Shown one piece after another: positions 26,585 through 39,704 of a DNA stretch of 64,000 nucleotides (position 1 is its first letter; each line of letters begins with the position of its first letter). The position numbers and the translations under genes were made by a program. The notes beneath the pieces are model-generated. The model searched no databases. It worked only from the letters and a program-made list of their open reading frames with translations, and was not told the DNA's origin. The DNA comes from Octopus sinensis (lineage: Eukaryota), in assembly GCF_006345805.1 (NCBI RefSeq), contig NC_043003.1, positions 53,630,001-53,694,000 on the forward strand, read 5' to 3'.

Positions 26585-26731
26585 CATACATACATGCATA
26601 TATACATAAATACATATGTACAGAAATGCCCAGTTGTTGATGTTGAAATTCCAGTGAAGGAGCTTTGGATCTAGGTTAGAAACCAGCTCTTTCTCTATTG
26701 ATAAGAAGTCTTGAAATAAAAACTGAATAAT
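25831..26731 (+). mobile_element. 5'-truncated R4/Dong-like LINE (CCHC plus restriction-like endonuclease)
   Basis: CRLCGINTKDINHIISS; NRPDIMVWGREEKLCTVEEISRPAD (PD..D/E..K type); FIPVIIGAL; 3' UTR split by (TACA)n. Confidence 0.88.
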
Positions 26732-27559
26732 AACATGCATACATATGGCTGGACACTTCATTGATTATAGGCGTTCCAGTTGATTTTATCAAGGTGACAG
26801 CTTGCATGTAAAACTAATGTATAAGTGGCCAGGCACTCCACAGCGTGTATTCCACTGTTGACTACAGACACCAGATCCAAACGCATGGATGATTCTAAGT
26901 TAGGTGAAGAATAAACAATAACATAGATGGGTTGTAGACATGTTCTTTATTGATGAATAGCTTCTGCCATTCACTCTCGCAGCCATAACCTAGTTGGGTG
27001 AGTCGTCTTACACTAAGGTCTATTTTGTGAGAAGTTCTAATTGTCAAATTTTCTCTTTACTTACCTGAAGAAAACAGGTTTTTCTCATGGTGTAACACTT
27101 TTGTAAATCAATAAAGAACACATCTGAGATAGCTGTAGTGAACTGCAACTCATGTTATTATTTATATACATATAGATAAAAATCATTGATTAAAGAACAA
27201 ACATCAAATTCAGAACAACAACTTTATATGACCTCGCGTTTCTATACATATCATCATATACAAGTAATCCTTTCTACTATAGAATGAAAGGCAAAGTTGA
27301 CTTCAGCAGAATTTGAACTCAGAACGTAACAGTAGATGAAATACCGCTAAGTATTTCGCCCGGCGTGTTAACGATTCTGCCAGCTCACCACCTGTATCAT
27401 GTTCAAATAATACCATGGCCTTCAACACATATATAAACACAGAAAGTGCTTATATATATGCATATATATATATATATATATATATGTGGAGGCATATAAT
27501 AACCATGGCCTTCAAAACATATATATAAACACAGAAAGTGCTTATATATATGCATATAT

Positions 27560-27591
<32 letters not shown>

Positions 27592-27667
27592 ATATATAGA
27601 TATTGGAGGCATATAATACCATGGCCTTCAACACATATATAAACACAGAAAGTGCTTATATATATGC

Positions 27668-27706
<39 letters not shown>

Positions 27707-27769
27707 TATATATGTGGAGGCATATAATACCATGGCCTTCAACACATATATAAACACAGAAAGTGCTTA

Positions 27770-27812
27770 TATATATGCCTATATATATATATTATATATA
27801 TATATTTATATA

Positions 27813-27846
<34 letters not shown>

Positions 27847-27927
27847 CTATATATAATATATATTATAATATATTATATATAATATATTATATAATATATA
27901 TTATTAATATATATATATTATATATAT

Positions 27928-28011
<84 letters not shown>

Positions 28012-28023
28012 ATATATTATATA

Positions 28024-28063
<40 letters not shown>

Positions 28064-28064
28064 T
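27770..28064. repeat. Long imperfect (TA)n run
   Basis: Direct reading. Confidence 0.97.
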
Positions 28065-28065
28065 T

Positions 28066-28358
28066 GTGGAGGCACAATGGCCTAGTGGTTAGGGCAGCGG
28101 ACTCACGGTCGCAGGATCGAGGTTTCGATTCCCAGACCGGGCGTTGTGAGTGTTTATTGAGCAAAAACACCTAAAAGCTGCACGAGGCTCCGGCAGGGGG
28201 TGGTGATCCCTGCTGTACTCTTTCACCACTCTTTCTTCTGTTGGCCTGCTCGCTTAGCCAGCGGGGTGGCGTCATTTGAAGGCTAAAACAATGCGAACGC
28301 ATTGTGACCAGCGATGTGTAACAATATCTGATGGTCTGGTCGGTCACGTGATCACGTG
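28066..28358 (+). mobile_element. tRNA-derived SINE (Arg-like head), full length
   Basis: gtggaggcacaatggcctagtggttagggcagcggactcacggtcgcaggatcgaggtttcgattccc, then the body shared with 919-1213. Confidence 0.88.
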
Positions 28359-28378
28359 ATATATATATATATATATAT

Positions 28379-28998
28379 ATGCACATATAAAAAAAGCGAA
28401 AATATATACAAGGACCTGTCCGGAAAAATGTATGTAAAAATCGACTAAAATAGGTGACTAAAATGAATTATGAAAACATATCAATCAACTAAAAAATTTA
28501 CCTATCGATTAAAAATGCATCAAAATAGTCCATTCTTAAAAATGAAGCAATCCATGGTAGGTCCAGTATCCAAGGTGCATAAGAGAGTTCCAAAAAAGAA
28601 GGGGAGGTCATCCACATCTATGGCCATTTTGAGAATTCATTGCTGCAGCCCAATTGCAAGTTAAAGCACATCTCAACAATGACCCCCACCCCTCATCTTG
28701 CAATTGCTTTAAATAGCAATTGGACTGCAGCAATGAACTCCCAAAATGGCCATAGATGTGGATTTTGACCTGCCTTTTTTTTTGGAACTCTCTTACACTC
28801 CTTGGAAAACCAACCTACCATGGATTGCTTCATTTTTAAGAACTGGCTATTTTGATATAGTTTTAATTGTTGGCTAAATTTTTTAGTTAATTCATTTATG
28901 TTTTAATAATTCATTTACATCACATATTTTAGTCAAGTTTTATATAAATTTTTCCGGACAGGTCCTTGTATATATTTTTGTATTTTTTATATGTGCAC
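28379..28998. mobile_element. Foldback/palindromic non-autonomous element core
   Basis: Arms of about 290 bp (28379-28665 versus 28712-28998), including tacaaggacctgtccggaaaa / ttttccggacaggtccttgta; about 45-bp spacer. Confidence 0.8.
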
Positions 28999-29234
28999 AT
29001 ATATATTTTTTACCTTCGGTGTTTATATATGTATTTCTTTTATATGTTGAAAGCCATGGTATTATTTGTATATGATGAAATATATAGAAGTGTGGGATTA
29101 TATGTCATTGGCCGGAATTTGATGTTTGTTCTCTAATCAATGATTCTTGTCTCTGTCTCAATTTCACTTGAACACTTCTTTTTTGCAGTCCTATATACCT
29201 CTTTTTGTTTCCATAAAAAAAGAAAATTATTTCT

Positions 29235-29282
<48 letters not shown>

Positions 29283-30564
29283 AAAAAAACAGAAAAAAGA
29301 CAAGAATAAAACAACAACAATCGAGTACATGGTACATGCAAAGTATTAATAAGACATTCAGGAAAGGAAAGAAAGGGTGTTTTATGTTTTGAGCAAAAGG
29401 CTCTTCTTCAGAAATAGGAGACAGAGGAAAGACCAAAAGAAAAAGAAGTTGGAGGACAAAAATTTATCAACAATCCACATATAGCTGGAATATATATATC
29501 TTTTATTTTTTTATCTTTTATCATTTACTTGTTTCAGTCATTAGACTGTGGCCATGCTGGAACACAGCCTTGAAAAATTTTTTTAGTCAAAATAATCAAC
29601 CCCTGTACTTACTTTATATATAACCCTGATACTCATTCTATCAGCTTTTTCCTTTTATTGAACAGCTAAGTTATGGGGATGGAAACACATTAGTACCAGT
29701 TGTTAAACAGTGGTTGGGGACAAACTGAAACACAAACACACATGTGTGCATGTGCACACACACACACACAAACACACACATACACATGCAAATATACATA
29801 TATGTATGTGCATATATATATATATATATATGTATGTATATATGTGTAAGCGCACGTTTACATGTGTACATATGTAAGTATTTCTTAACAAACCAACCGT
29901 AACGAAGACAATTGAAATTTAAATTTACCAGCCAATCATATTTAGCGTTCGATTTTTAATTATTTCTGAACGTAATACTTTACACATATCACTGTCAAAA
30001 TTATGGCCTGCACTCGCATATACGTTTGTACACTTGTGGAACTTAATATCATGTAAACTAATGTTTTTCATTTTTCATTTTATATGTATATGCCGATCTT
30101 TAATGCTTTGCATGGTACTGTAGTATTATTGTTGTTTTTGCTATTATGTTGCTAACCGCGTGATGCATATATTGTTTTGCTGGTATTAATGTTATTAATA
30201 ATAATAATAATAATGATATTAGTAGCAATAGTGGCAATGATAATAGTAATGATGGTAATATCAATGGCATTTTGTAACTTAATATAATGAACTCTTGACT
30301 TTGTATATCTGCATTTGAATATGGATATGTGTATGTTTTATATATTGTAATATCATAATATTATGTTGACCAACTGTAACATTGAATATAGAACATATGT
30401 ATGTATATTGATCTATATTATTATGTATATGTATATATAAATGTATAGGAGTATGGGTATATGCACTCATATGTATGTGTATATTATATATTATGGGTAT
30501 GTACCCACTCTTGTATGGGTGTACCTCCTCTGATATTCATATTTAATTTAGTTTGTATTTCATA

Positions 30565-30691
30565 ATCTCTGAAGAGGCCTTGGGATATTTTTGTAAGTGT
30601 CTCATTTATAACTACATATTGACCTATCACACATGGCTAATATGAGCATAATGAGACACCCATATCTGCATGGCCGAAACAGCTGTAAGAT
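30565..30691 (+). ncRNA. Type I hammerhead ribozyme motif (PLE-type) with long stem-II insertion
   Basis: ATCT-CTGAAGA-GGCC-[92 nt]-GGCC-GAAA-CAGCTG-TA-AGAT; complete core; palindromic helix III. Confidence 0.75.
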
Positions 30692-31050
30692 GTAGTTTAT
30701 ATTTATATTTGTATTTATTTATATTCACTTATGCATACTGTTCTTATTATATCATATTACTGTTTTGTTTTATATTATTATGTAGTGGTTTAATAAATTA
30801 TGTGATTGGGTATTATCTGGTAGTTGATCATTGATTAAGATGTGTTTCTCCATTTTCTTATTTTGTATATATATATATATATATATATACAATGGGCTTC
30901 TTGTAACATCTGTCTACCAAATCCATTCACAAGACTTTAGTCAGCCCGAGGCTATAGTAGAAGACACTTACCCAAGGTGCTAAGCAATGGGACTGAATCT
31001 GGAAACATGTGGTTGGGAAACAAACTTAACATACTGCCACACCATATCTG

Positions 31051-31121
<71 letters not shown>

Positions 31122-31208
31122 ATATATATATATATATAAATTCAGGGTGAGTACTTGATAATTGTAAGCACCTGTATATACCGTTTGGTGGTGTAGGTGG
31201 TGGAGTAA

Positions 31209-33852
31209 ATTAATCAAAATAAAAACATGATGCCAAGGATTCAGCAGTACATATGTTTCGGGCCTTTATTAGATGGATTTATAACAATGCATAATGTGTG
31301 TCTATGGCCTTCTTCAGCCGCGCACAATTACTACTTCAAGGACATGTATTACATCAAAAATTCTACGTTGGGGATGCAAATCCTCTCAGTCGCGTACGAC
31401 ATAATGCGGTACCAGCACAAAAACGTAATCTATTCATGTGAGGTGAGTACCCAGTTTAACACACACACCTACATAGGTTGCTCGACCTCCTGGAAATCCA
31501 GATACTACAACCACCGGTCCTCGTTCAAGCATAGACACAAGGCTAGCAGCACCTCCCTATCTAAAAAATTTCGGAATTAAAAGACAATAGCATAGGTTTC
31601 AAACTCAGGTGGTCCATCATTGGATCAGCTGCACCTTATTTAAATAATAGAACAGGATGCCGGCTATGCTGTGTGGAACTCCTGAATCTAATTAATAAAA
31701 GATCTGAATTCAAGCTCTCTTGTATACACAAACTAACCAATACTTTTAAATACTACAAAGCTTAGGCTATCATACCAACTCCCCCATGCAATATCCTCCC
31801 ATCCAAGTATAACTTGTCGGCTCCAGCACATCCCATTTTTTTTCCTATATATATATATTTTTTTTTTCCTATATATATATTTTGTCTCCCATATATTTTT
31901 TTTCCTATATATTTCTTTTCCTACATCTATCTTTTTCCTATATATATATTTTTTCCCTATATCTATACCTTTTTCCATTTCTAGCTTTGATGTTGAGCGC
32001 ACACCCCTGAACCTCGCTTCCCACCCTTTCACTTATGACTACTCCGTAATTTTCCCCTCCTCCCTGCCTCAGTTCCCCTCCCCGCCCCTAGGTGGTCACT
32101 TTTAACACACACCTGTAATTTTACCTTTGCAACCACCTTTTATTTTTACCTTCATTTCATGTTAATCTTTACTCGATTACCTTTATGTTTTATTTTATTT
32201 TATTTTTTATTTCTGATTTTTAATTTTATCCTTATTTTTACTTATTTTTACCCCTATTTTATCACTTTTTATCTCTATGTATGTCTATTTTTAGTTCTTT
32301 TTCCTTATATGCTTATCTATGTATCTGTATGTATATGTATATATGTGTGTGCGTATGAATATGTATGTGTGTTTATATGTGTATGCCTTTTTTTATGTTT
32401 TTTAAAAAATTTTTATATTTTTTTATATATTTTATATATATCTATATATATATGTGTGTGTCTGTGTATGTATATGTATATATGTGTGTGTATGTATGTA
32501 CACATATATATATGTGTGTGTGTGTATGTGTATATGTATATATGTGTGTGTCTGTGTATGTATATATGCGTGTATGTATATATGTGTGTGTATGTATGTA
32601 CACATATATATATGTGTGTGTGTATGTGTATATGTATATATATGTATATATATATATTCTGTTATACTTTCTTACCCTCAGGTTTCTTACTTTCATGTCT
32701 ACCTTTTGTACCCACTATAATTCTGTATCTTGCCTGTGTGCGAGAATGGATCTACTTGTTATACCTGTGTCTGTGCATATGCATATTTTTGTGTATATGC
32801 ATAGGGATCTACTCCCCAATGTGTGTGGGTGTGGGCATGAGTGTGGGTGTATGTATATTTTTGCCCATATGCATAGAGATTCACTTCGTCTTGTGAATGA
32901 GTGTAAGTGCGAGTGTGCCTGTATGTGCGCATGTGCATATATACGTACGTATGCGTGTCAGTTCGTGTACCCAACTACATGCGCCTTTTCCCCCCCCGTA
33001 TGTATCTGTATATTTTTACACGAGAGTACGTATGTATGCTTGTATGCGTGTGGTTGTGTATGCGTGCGTATATGTACGCGTGTATATGTGTATATGTATC
33101 CATATGTGTACGTATGTACATGTTGACCACTAGACAATTTATGAGGAAATAGATAAGCGGTTTAACCACAAACCAGACAACCCTAATCTACAATATACTG
33201 GGTCCCCAGACGTATTTATGACACCCACTGCTTAGGTTTCTACAACCAGAATATGTCATTTACTGACCACCATGTTAGTTCGTAACCACTTTATATCCCT
33301 TATCCTTATATTCTTTTATATTTTTATATTCTTATATCCTTTTTTATTTTTGATACTTTTTATATTTTTTTATATCTTTATATTCATTTATACTTTTTTT
33401 TAATTTCTTTATATTTTTATATTTTATATTTCTATATTTCTATTTTTTTATCTTTTATATTTTTATATTTTTTTATCTTTCGTCCTTAATACTCGCCCCT
33501 CTATCTTTATCTCTATTTACTCTTATTTCCAGGTTCCTTCACGTCTGTGTGTATTTATATATTTATTTATTCATTTATTTATATTACCTCAACATCCAAA
33601 CTTCCTCATTCTACATTGAGAGAAAGACGGGATGGACGCTTCATTTTTGTGCTGGTACCGCATTATGTCGTACGCGACTGAGAGGATTTGCATCCCCAAC
33701 ATAGAATTTTTGATGTAATACATGTCCTTGAAGTTGTAATTGTGCGTGGCTGATAAGGCCATAGACACACATTATGCATTGTTATAAATCCGTCTAATAA
33801 AGGCCCGAAACATATGTACCGCTGAATCCTTGGCATCATGTTTTTATTTTGA

Positions 33853-33857
<5 letters not shown>
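31209..33857 (+). mobile_element. 5'-truncated Penelope-like element: GIY-YIG C-terminus, pseudo-LTR and inverted pLTR copy
   Basis: NVIYSCEV..TYIGCSTSWKSRYYNHRSSFKH..STSLSK..LKDNSIGFKLRWSII..CRLC (31424-31730); 215-bp inverted arms at 31209-31423 and 33644-33857. Confidence 0.8.
31244..31321 (-). ncRNA. Type I hammerhead ribozyme motif in the inverted pLTR
   Basis: GCGG-CTGAAGA-A-GGCC-[41 nt]-GGCC-C-GAAA-CATATG-TA-CTGC; the sister copy at 33746-33822(+) has lost G8 (CTGATAA). Confidence 0.7.
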
Positions 33858-33888
<31 letters not shown>

Positions 33889-33977
33889 ATCCAAACATGA
33901 AAACACAAAGAGAAAACACAACAATGCGAGGAAGTGGAACAAGTATAGTGTTATTGGACGCTCAGGAAAGAAGGAGG

Positions 33978-34012
33978 ATTTAACGTTTCGAGTGGAGATC
34001 TTTGTCAGAAAC
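33978..34012 (-). ncRNA. Degenerate hammerhead motif (third PLE family)
   Basis: GTTT-CTGACAA-A-GATC-TCC-ACTC-GAAA-CGTTA; G8 mutated; a similar remnant CTGATGAAGAGCCATGCTCAAAA lies at 52409-52431. Confidence 0.45.
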
Positions 34013-34750
34013 ATAGGAAAAGGAAAGATCCAAGGAAGGGAAGATGGAGAAAAAAAAATCACCAACGATACACATGTGGTCACAATATATATATGTGCAC
34101 ACATGTATGTATGCAGATATGTACGTACGTATGTATGTATTATATATGTATGTACATACGTATGTATGTATGCATGTATGTATGTATGTATGTATGTATG
34201 TATGTATGTATGTATGTATGTATGTATGTATGTATATATAATGTATGTTTGTATGTATGTATATATGTACTTATGTATGTGTCTGTATGTATGTAATTTG
34301 ACATTTCAGCAATGATGTTCACCACATTATGAGACAACTGGTATGGTAGTATCAAATTACATATGAGCTTGCATGTCAAACATGCAAGCTGATAGGTGTA
34401 TGGTGTCATTATTGTGATAGTAGGCCTCACTTGTAGCTTCAGAAGAGGAATGTATCTCACTATAGACAAACAGGGATTACATGCCATGCTGAAACTGTGA
34501 ATATGTGCAAGAGTGGCTGTGTGGTAAGAAGCTTGCTCCCCAACCACATGGTTTTGGGTTTAGTCCCAATGTGTGGTACCATGGACAAGTGTCTTCTCCT
34601 AATGACTTCAGCCTTGTGAGTGGATTTGGTTGATGGAAACTGAAAGAATCTCATCATATACATACATACATACATACATACATACATACATACATACATA
34701 CATACATACATACATACATACATCATATATATATATATTATATATATATA

Positions 34751-34786
<36 letters not shown>

Positions 34787-34790
<4 letters not shown>

Positions 34791-35430
34791 TACCTGGACT
34801 TTGCTAAGGCTTTTAACTCTGTGCCACACAAGAGACTTATGGTGAAGCTTTCTGCATTGGGTGTAAGAGACGAACTCTATAACTGGTTGAAGTCCTTTAT
34901 TTTTGGCCGAAAAGAGGTTGTCACAGCTCTAGGACAGCACTCTTCGCCCTATGAGATGACATCTGGTATACCACAGGGATCTGTTCTTGGCCCCCTTTTG
35001 TTTGTTGCATATGTTAATGACATGGATGCCAACTTAAACAATAACTCTGAGCACCTTTTCAACTTAAACAATAACTCTGAGCACCTTTTCAAACTCCACC
35101 CGTCTAACACCCGTGGACATATTTACAAAGTCAGAAAACAGCACAGCTCCCATGACTTCAGGAAACATTTTTTCATGCTGAGTGTTGCTGAAGCATGGAA
35201 CAAACTGCCGGCATCAGTTGTTAGTTGTTGGAGCACTGCATCCTTCAAAACTTCCATGCTTTCTGAGATTCGCCAACGCTACACCTGATTTTCTCCCCTC
35301 CATACACACACAAGCATGTATCTGACTCATACATTGTTCGCTTTCCAGACATTTTTACATTACTGCATGTACTTTATATGCACTTTCTGACAAGTTGTGG
35401 TGCACCTGAGCACTGTATACAATAATTTCA
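34787..35430 (+). mobile_element. CR1-clade LINE fragment with a large internal deletion and a 30-bp tandem duplication
   Basis: VYLDFAKAFNSVPHKRL..GIPQGSVLGPLLF.AYVND jumps directly to NLNNNSEHLF, which is repeated twice (35031-35060, 35061-35090); (ATT)n tail. Confidence 0.88.
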
Positions 35431-36081
35431 TTATTATTATTATTATATATATATATATAATATATTTGTATACGACGGACTTCTTTCTATATATATGTAT
35501 ATATTTCTATGTGTGTGTGTCTGTGTTTGTCTCCCCATCACTGCTTGACAACCAGTGTTTGTTTGTTTATGTCCTCATTATTTAGCAGTTCGGCAAAAGG
35601 GACCGACAGAATAAGCACCAGGCTTAAAAAATAAGTTCTGGGGTCAATTCATTCGACTAAAAATTCAAAACAGTGTCCTACCATGACTGCAGTTTAATGA
35701 CTGAGACAAATAAAGATAAAAAGATAAAAGCTAATAAAGGAGAGACTCAGTCTGGGTTATTAACTGTCAAATAGAGGAGCCATATTTATGGAGTCATTAA
35801 GTGGTCATGGAAGTGAAACTCCAGTTTCTCTCTCCTTTCCTCAAAATATGTCAGTTAAATCTTGTCTATTCTTGCTTCAGTTGGTCTTAATGGAAACCCA
35901 TGTTATGGTTAAATGAAACATTGATTTGCCTTAGCTCTAAAGTGCCCGGCTACCTCAGTGTTTACTGAGTTACGTTTTGTTTTTATCTTGATAGCGTTTT
36001 CTGTTGTTGAAATCAAAGATTACTAAACCATACATACACATAGACATGTGCATATGTGAGTGTGTTTATATGTATGGATAA

Positions 36082-36112
<31 letters not shown>

Positions 36113-36181
36113 AGTTAAATAAAATGAGACAACAAAGCCAAGGCTGTGTGGAATTTTTTTGAACATTAAAAGAAAAAGTTA

Positions 36182-36229
36182 GTCTTACAGCTGTTTCTGG
36201 GATATCAGGGATATCCCTTCATCAGAGAC
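36182..36229 (-). ncRNA. Minimal type I hammerhead motif
   Basis: GTCT-CTGATGA-A-GGGATATC-CCT-GATATCCC-A-GAAA-CAGCTG-TA-AGAC. Confidence 0.75.
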
Positions 36230-36471
36230 GATGTGAGATGGTTAAATAGAGGGAAATAGCAGTGTTCAATATAAGGCGATATTTTGGAAAAGGGCAGAAA
36301 TAAGGAGTATGAAGGGAAATAAGAGAATAAAAGTAAAAATAAAAATATATGTAGGATGTTGTAGCTGCAATTCCATTATCCAAGGAAAGTGGAGTATAGA
36401 AGTGGTCGAAATGCTTCTTATCCATAGTATGTAAATTCCAATAGCAGTTTATATTTTGTCCATCTCACATC

Positions 36472-36519
36472 GTCTCTGATGAAGGTATATCTCTAATGTC
36501 CCAGAAACAGCTGTAAGAC
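36472..36519 (+). ncRNA. Minimal type I hammerhead motif (stem II partly decayed)
   Basis: GTCT-CTGATGA-A-GGTATAT-CTCTA-ATGTCCC-A-GAAA-CAGCTG-TA-AGAC. Confidence 0.65.
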
Positions 36520-37200
36520 TAACTTTCTCTTTATAAATGTCCTGAAAATTCTACACAGCCTTGGCTTTGTTGTCTTATTTTATTTAACATATACATGCTC
36601 ATATAAGACCTACATTAGACTCCTTAATTGTATCATTATCCAACTGAGAGTTTCATTATGGTCCTTCCATAGCACTTACAGAACCTTTCCAGCCACCTTT
36701 GCTCTTCTGACTGCCAATATCTCCTACATACAGGAGCTGGACAATATAATGGAAACACTTTGTTTCATAGCATCATAATTTTGAAATATCTATAAAACTG
36801 TCAAAAGCTTGTTTATTTTTATGTTTTTTGATTTATTATTAGTGTTGCTTAATATGTTTTTGTTAAAATTGCTGTTTCTTTTCAGATATCACCAGAAAAA
36901 GTTAATTAAAATTCATTAGGTATAAATTCTCGAAGGGAATGAAAAATAAAAACATTTACCATCTATTTGCTGAACCATGGTTTCTGACTAATTAGTGGTC
37001 TGGACTTTAGCTGTTCTTTCTAGTGTAAGGGATTCCTACGATGGATACCTCTTAATGTGTTTAAATGTACACTGTATTTTATATAAATAATATATAGTCT
37101 ATTGACTAACTTTTCAATACGCTAGGCCACTGGTAGTAAAAATTTCTAAAATCTTTCTTACCCTGATATTATATATATATCTATATATATATATATATAT

Positions 37201-38445
37201 GTATATATATAACTATATATAACTATTTATATACATTTAAATATGTGACAAAACACCATGACAAAATGTACTGAGTAGTTTGTTCCCCAGTTTGAACATG
37301 CATCAAGTATATTCAGACTGATAATAACATAACAATTTCACTCATCACTGCTTAGTGCACCCCTTCTGTAATAAACCATAAAAGTCAGGAGATTTGAAAG
37401 GTGAATATCTATGTGTTACTTTACTTTGCATCCTTATGCCGTTTACAACCTTCTTCATTGGTATTAATTTCAGTATAGAAAAAATTATGATCACATGTTT
37501 ACATTAATATGCATGCTCGGCATTATATAATACATTTGTCTATTCTTTTCTACTCTCGGCACAAGGCCTGAAATTTTGTGGGAGAGAGGGGGCCAGTTGA
37601 TTAGATTGACACCAGTATGCAACTGGTACTTAATTTATCAACCCCAAAAGGATGAAAGGCAAAGTCAACTTCAGCAGAATTTGAACTCAGAACATAAAGA
37701 CAGACGAAATACTGCTAAGCATTTCGCCTGGCGTGCTAATGATTCTGCCAGCTCACTGCCTTATACAATTGTATATTCACAGATCAATGGAAATAAAGTG
37801 AGCTCATGAGAAACGTCATGGTTACACTAATGATTAATTTGTTGTGCGTATGTGTTTGTTTTACTGTCTCCTTGTCTTGACATCAGGCAGTAGTTTTAAG
37901 TGAGTGTCACTGTCATGCATGAAGTATCCTTTGTTTATAATCTTCCGCATAATTACATCTGGGCATGGTGAAATATTACCTTACCTGGAGACAGGTGATA
38001 GTTGGAGATGGAAATGGCATTTGGCTATACAAAACTTGTCAGATCCATGTGAGCATGAAAAAATGGATGTTTCACAAATATTATTATTTATAATATTTTC
38101 AACCAAGATATTACAACTGTAATTAATTGTTAAAGTGCTTCACTTTTGTGTCTGAACATATATTTATTCAACTACTAACATTCATCAATGGTTTCTCCCA
38201 TTGCTTTGATGTACCATTTTCTGCCATTAATAAAACTGTTGGCATTTTTGATGACATGGGTATGCTAGTAATAAAATAAAATACATTGATACTTCACAAC
38301 TTTCAATATTTAACTCACTACATATCAACTATAGAATTGTGTACATGTGTATTTGTAGAAGAAAGTGTTATGCCTTCTTTGTTTATTTATGTACTGGTAC
38401 ATATGCATATGTATGTGTTTGTATATGCATAGACTTACATTTATT

Positions 38446-38477
<32 letters not shown>

Positions 38478-39704
38478 ACTATATATAACTATTTATATAC
38501 ATTTAAATATGTGACAAAACACCATGACAAAATGTACTGAGTAGTTTGTTCCCCAGTTTGAACATGCATCAAGTATATTCAGACTGATAATAACATAACA
38601 ATTTCACTCATCACTGCTTAGTGCACCCCTTCTGTAATAAACCATAAAAGTCAGGAGATTTGAAAGGTGAATATCTATGTGTTACTTTACTTTGCATCCT
38701 TATGCCGTTTACAACCTTCTTCATTGGTATTAATTTCAGTATAGAAAAAATTATGATCACATGTTTACATTAATATGCATGCTCGGCATTATATAATACA
38801 TTTGTCTATTCTTTTCTACTCTCGGCACAAGGCCTGAAATTTTGTGGGAGAGAGGGGGCCAGTTGATTAGATTGACACCAGTATGCAACTGGTACTTAAT
38901 TTATCAACCCCAAAAGGATGAAAGGCAAAGTCAACTTCAGCAGAATTTGAACTCAGAACATAAAGACAGACGAAATACTGCTAAGCATTTCGCCTGGCGT
39001 GCTAATGATTCTGCCAGCTCACTGCCTTATACAATTGTATATTCACAGATCAATGGAAATAAAGTGAGCTCATGAGAAACGTCATGGTTACACTAATGAT
39101 TAATTTGTTGTGCGTATGTGTTTGTTTTACTGTCTCCTTGTCTTGACATCAGGCAGTAGTTTTAAGTGAGTGTCACTGTCATGCATGAAGTATCCTTTGT
39201 TTATAATCTTCCGCATAATTACATCTGGGCATGGTGAAATATTACCTTACCTGGAGACAGGTGATAGTTGGAGATGGAAATGGCATTTGGCTATACAAAA
39301 CTTGTCAGATCCATGTGAGCATGAAAAAATGGATGTTTCACAAATATTATTATTTATAATATTTTCAACCAAGATATTACAACTGTAATTAATTGTTAAA
39401 GTGCTTCACTTTTGTGTCTGAACATATATTTATTCAACTACTAACATTCATCAATGGTTTCTCCCATTGCTTTGATGTACCATTTTCTGCCATTAATAAA
39501 ACTGTTGGCATTTTTGATGACATGGGTATGCTAGTAATAAAATAAAATACATTGATACTTCACAACTTTCAATATTTAACTCACTACATATCAACTATAG
39601 AATTGTGTACATGTGTATTTGTAGAAGAAAGTGTTATGCCTTCTTTGTTTATTTATGTACTGGTACATATGCATATGTATGTGTTTGTATATGCATAGAC
39701 TTAC

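Larger units (their letters stand above)
36113..36590 (-). mobile_element. Short PLE pLTR fragment with an inverted pLTR copy
   Basis: About 130-bp inverted arms (36113-36241, 36460-36590); the spacer is homologous to 50740-50945. Confidence 0.75.

Noticed and set aside
28066-28140. tRNA gene
   Set aside because: A/B boxes are present, but the acceptor stem is not closed and the sequence continues into a SINE body shared with 919-1213.
36885-36918. Strong acceptor/donor pair (gtttcttttcag| ... TAG|GTATAA)
   Set aside because: Stops in all three frames, and no linked exons.
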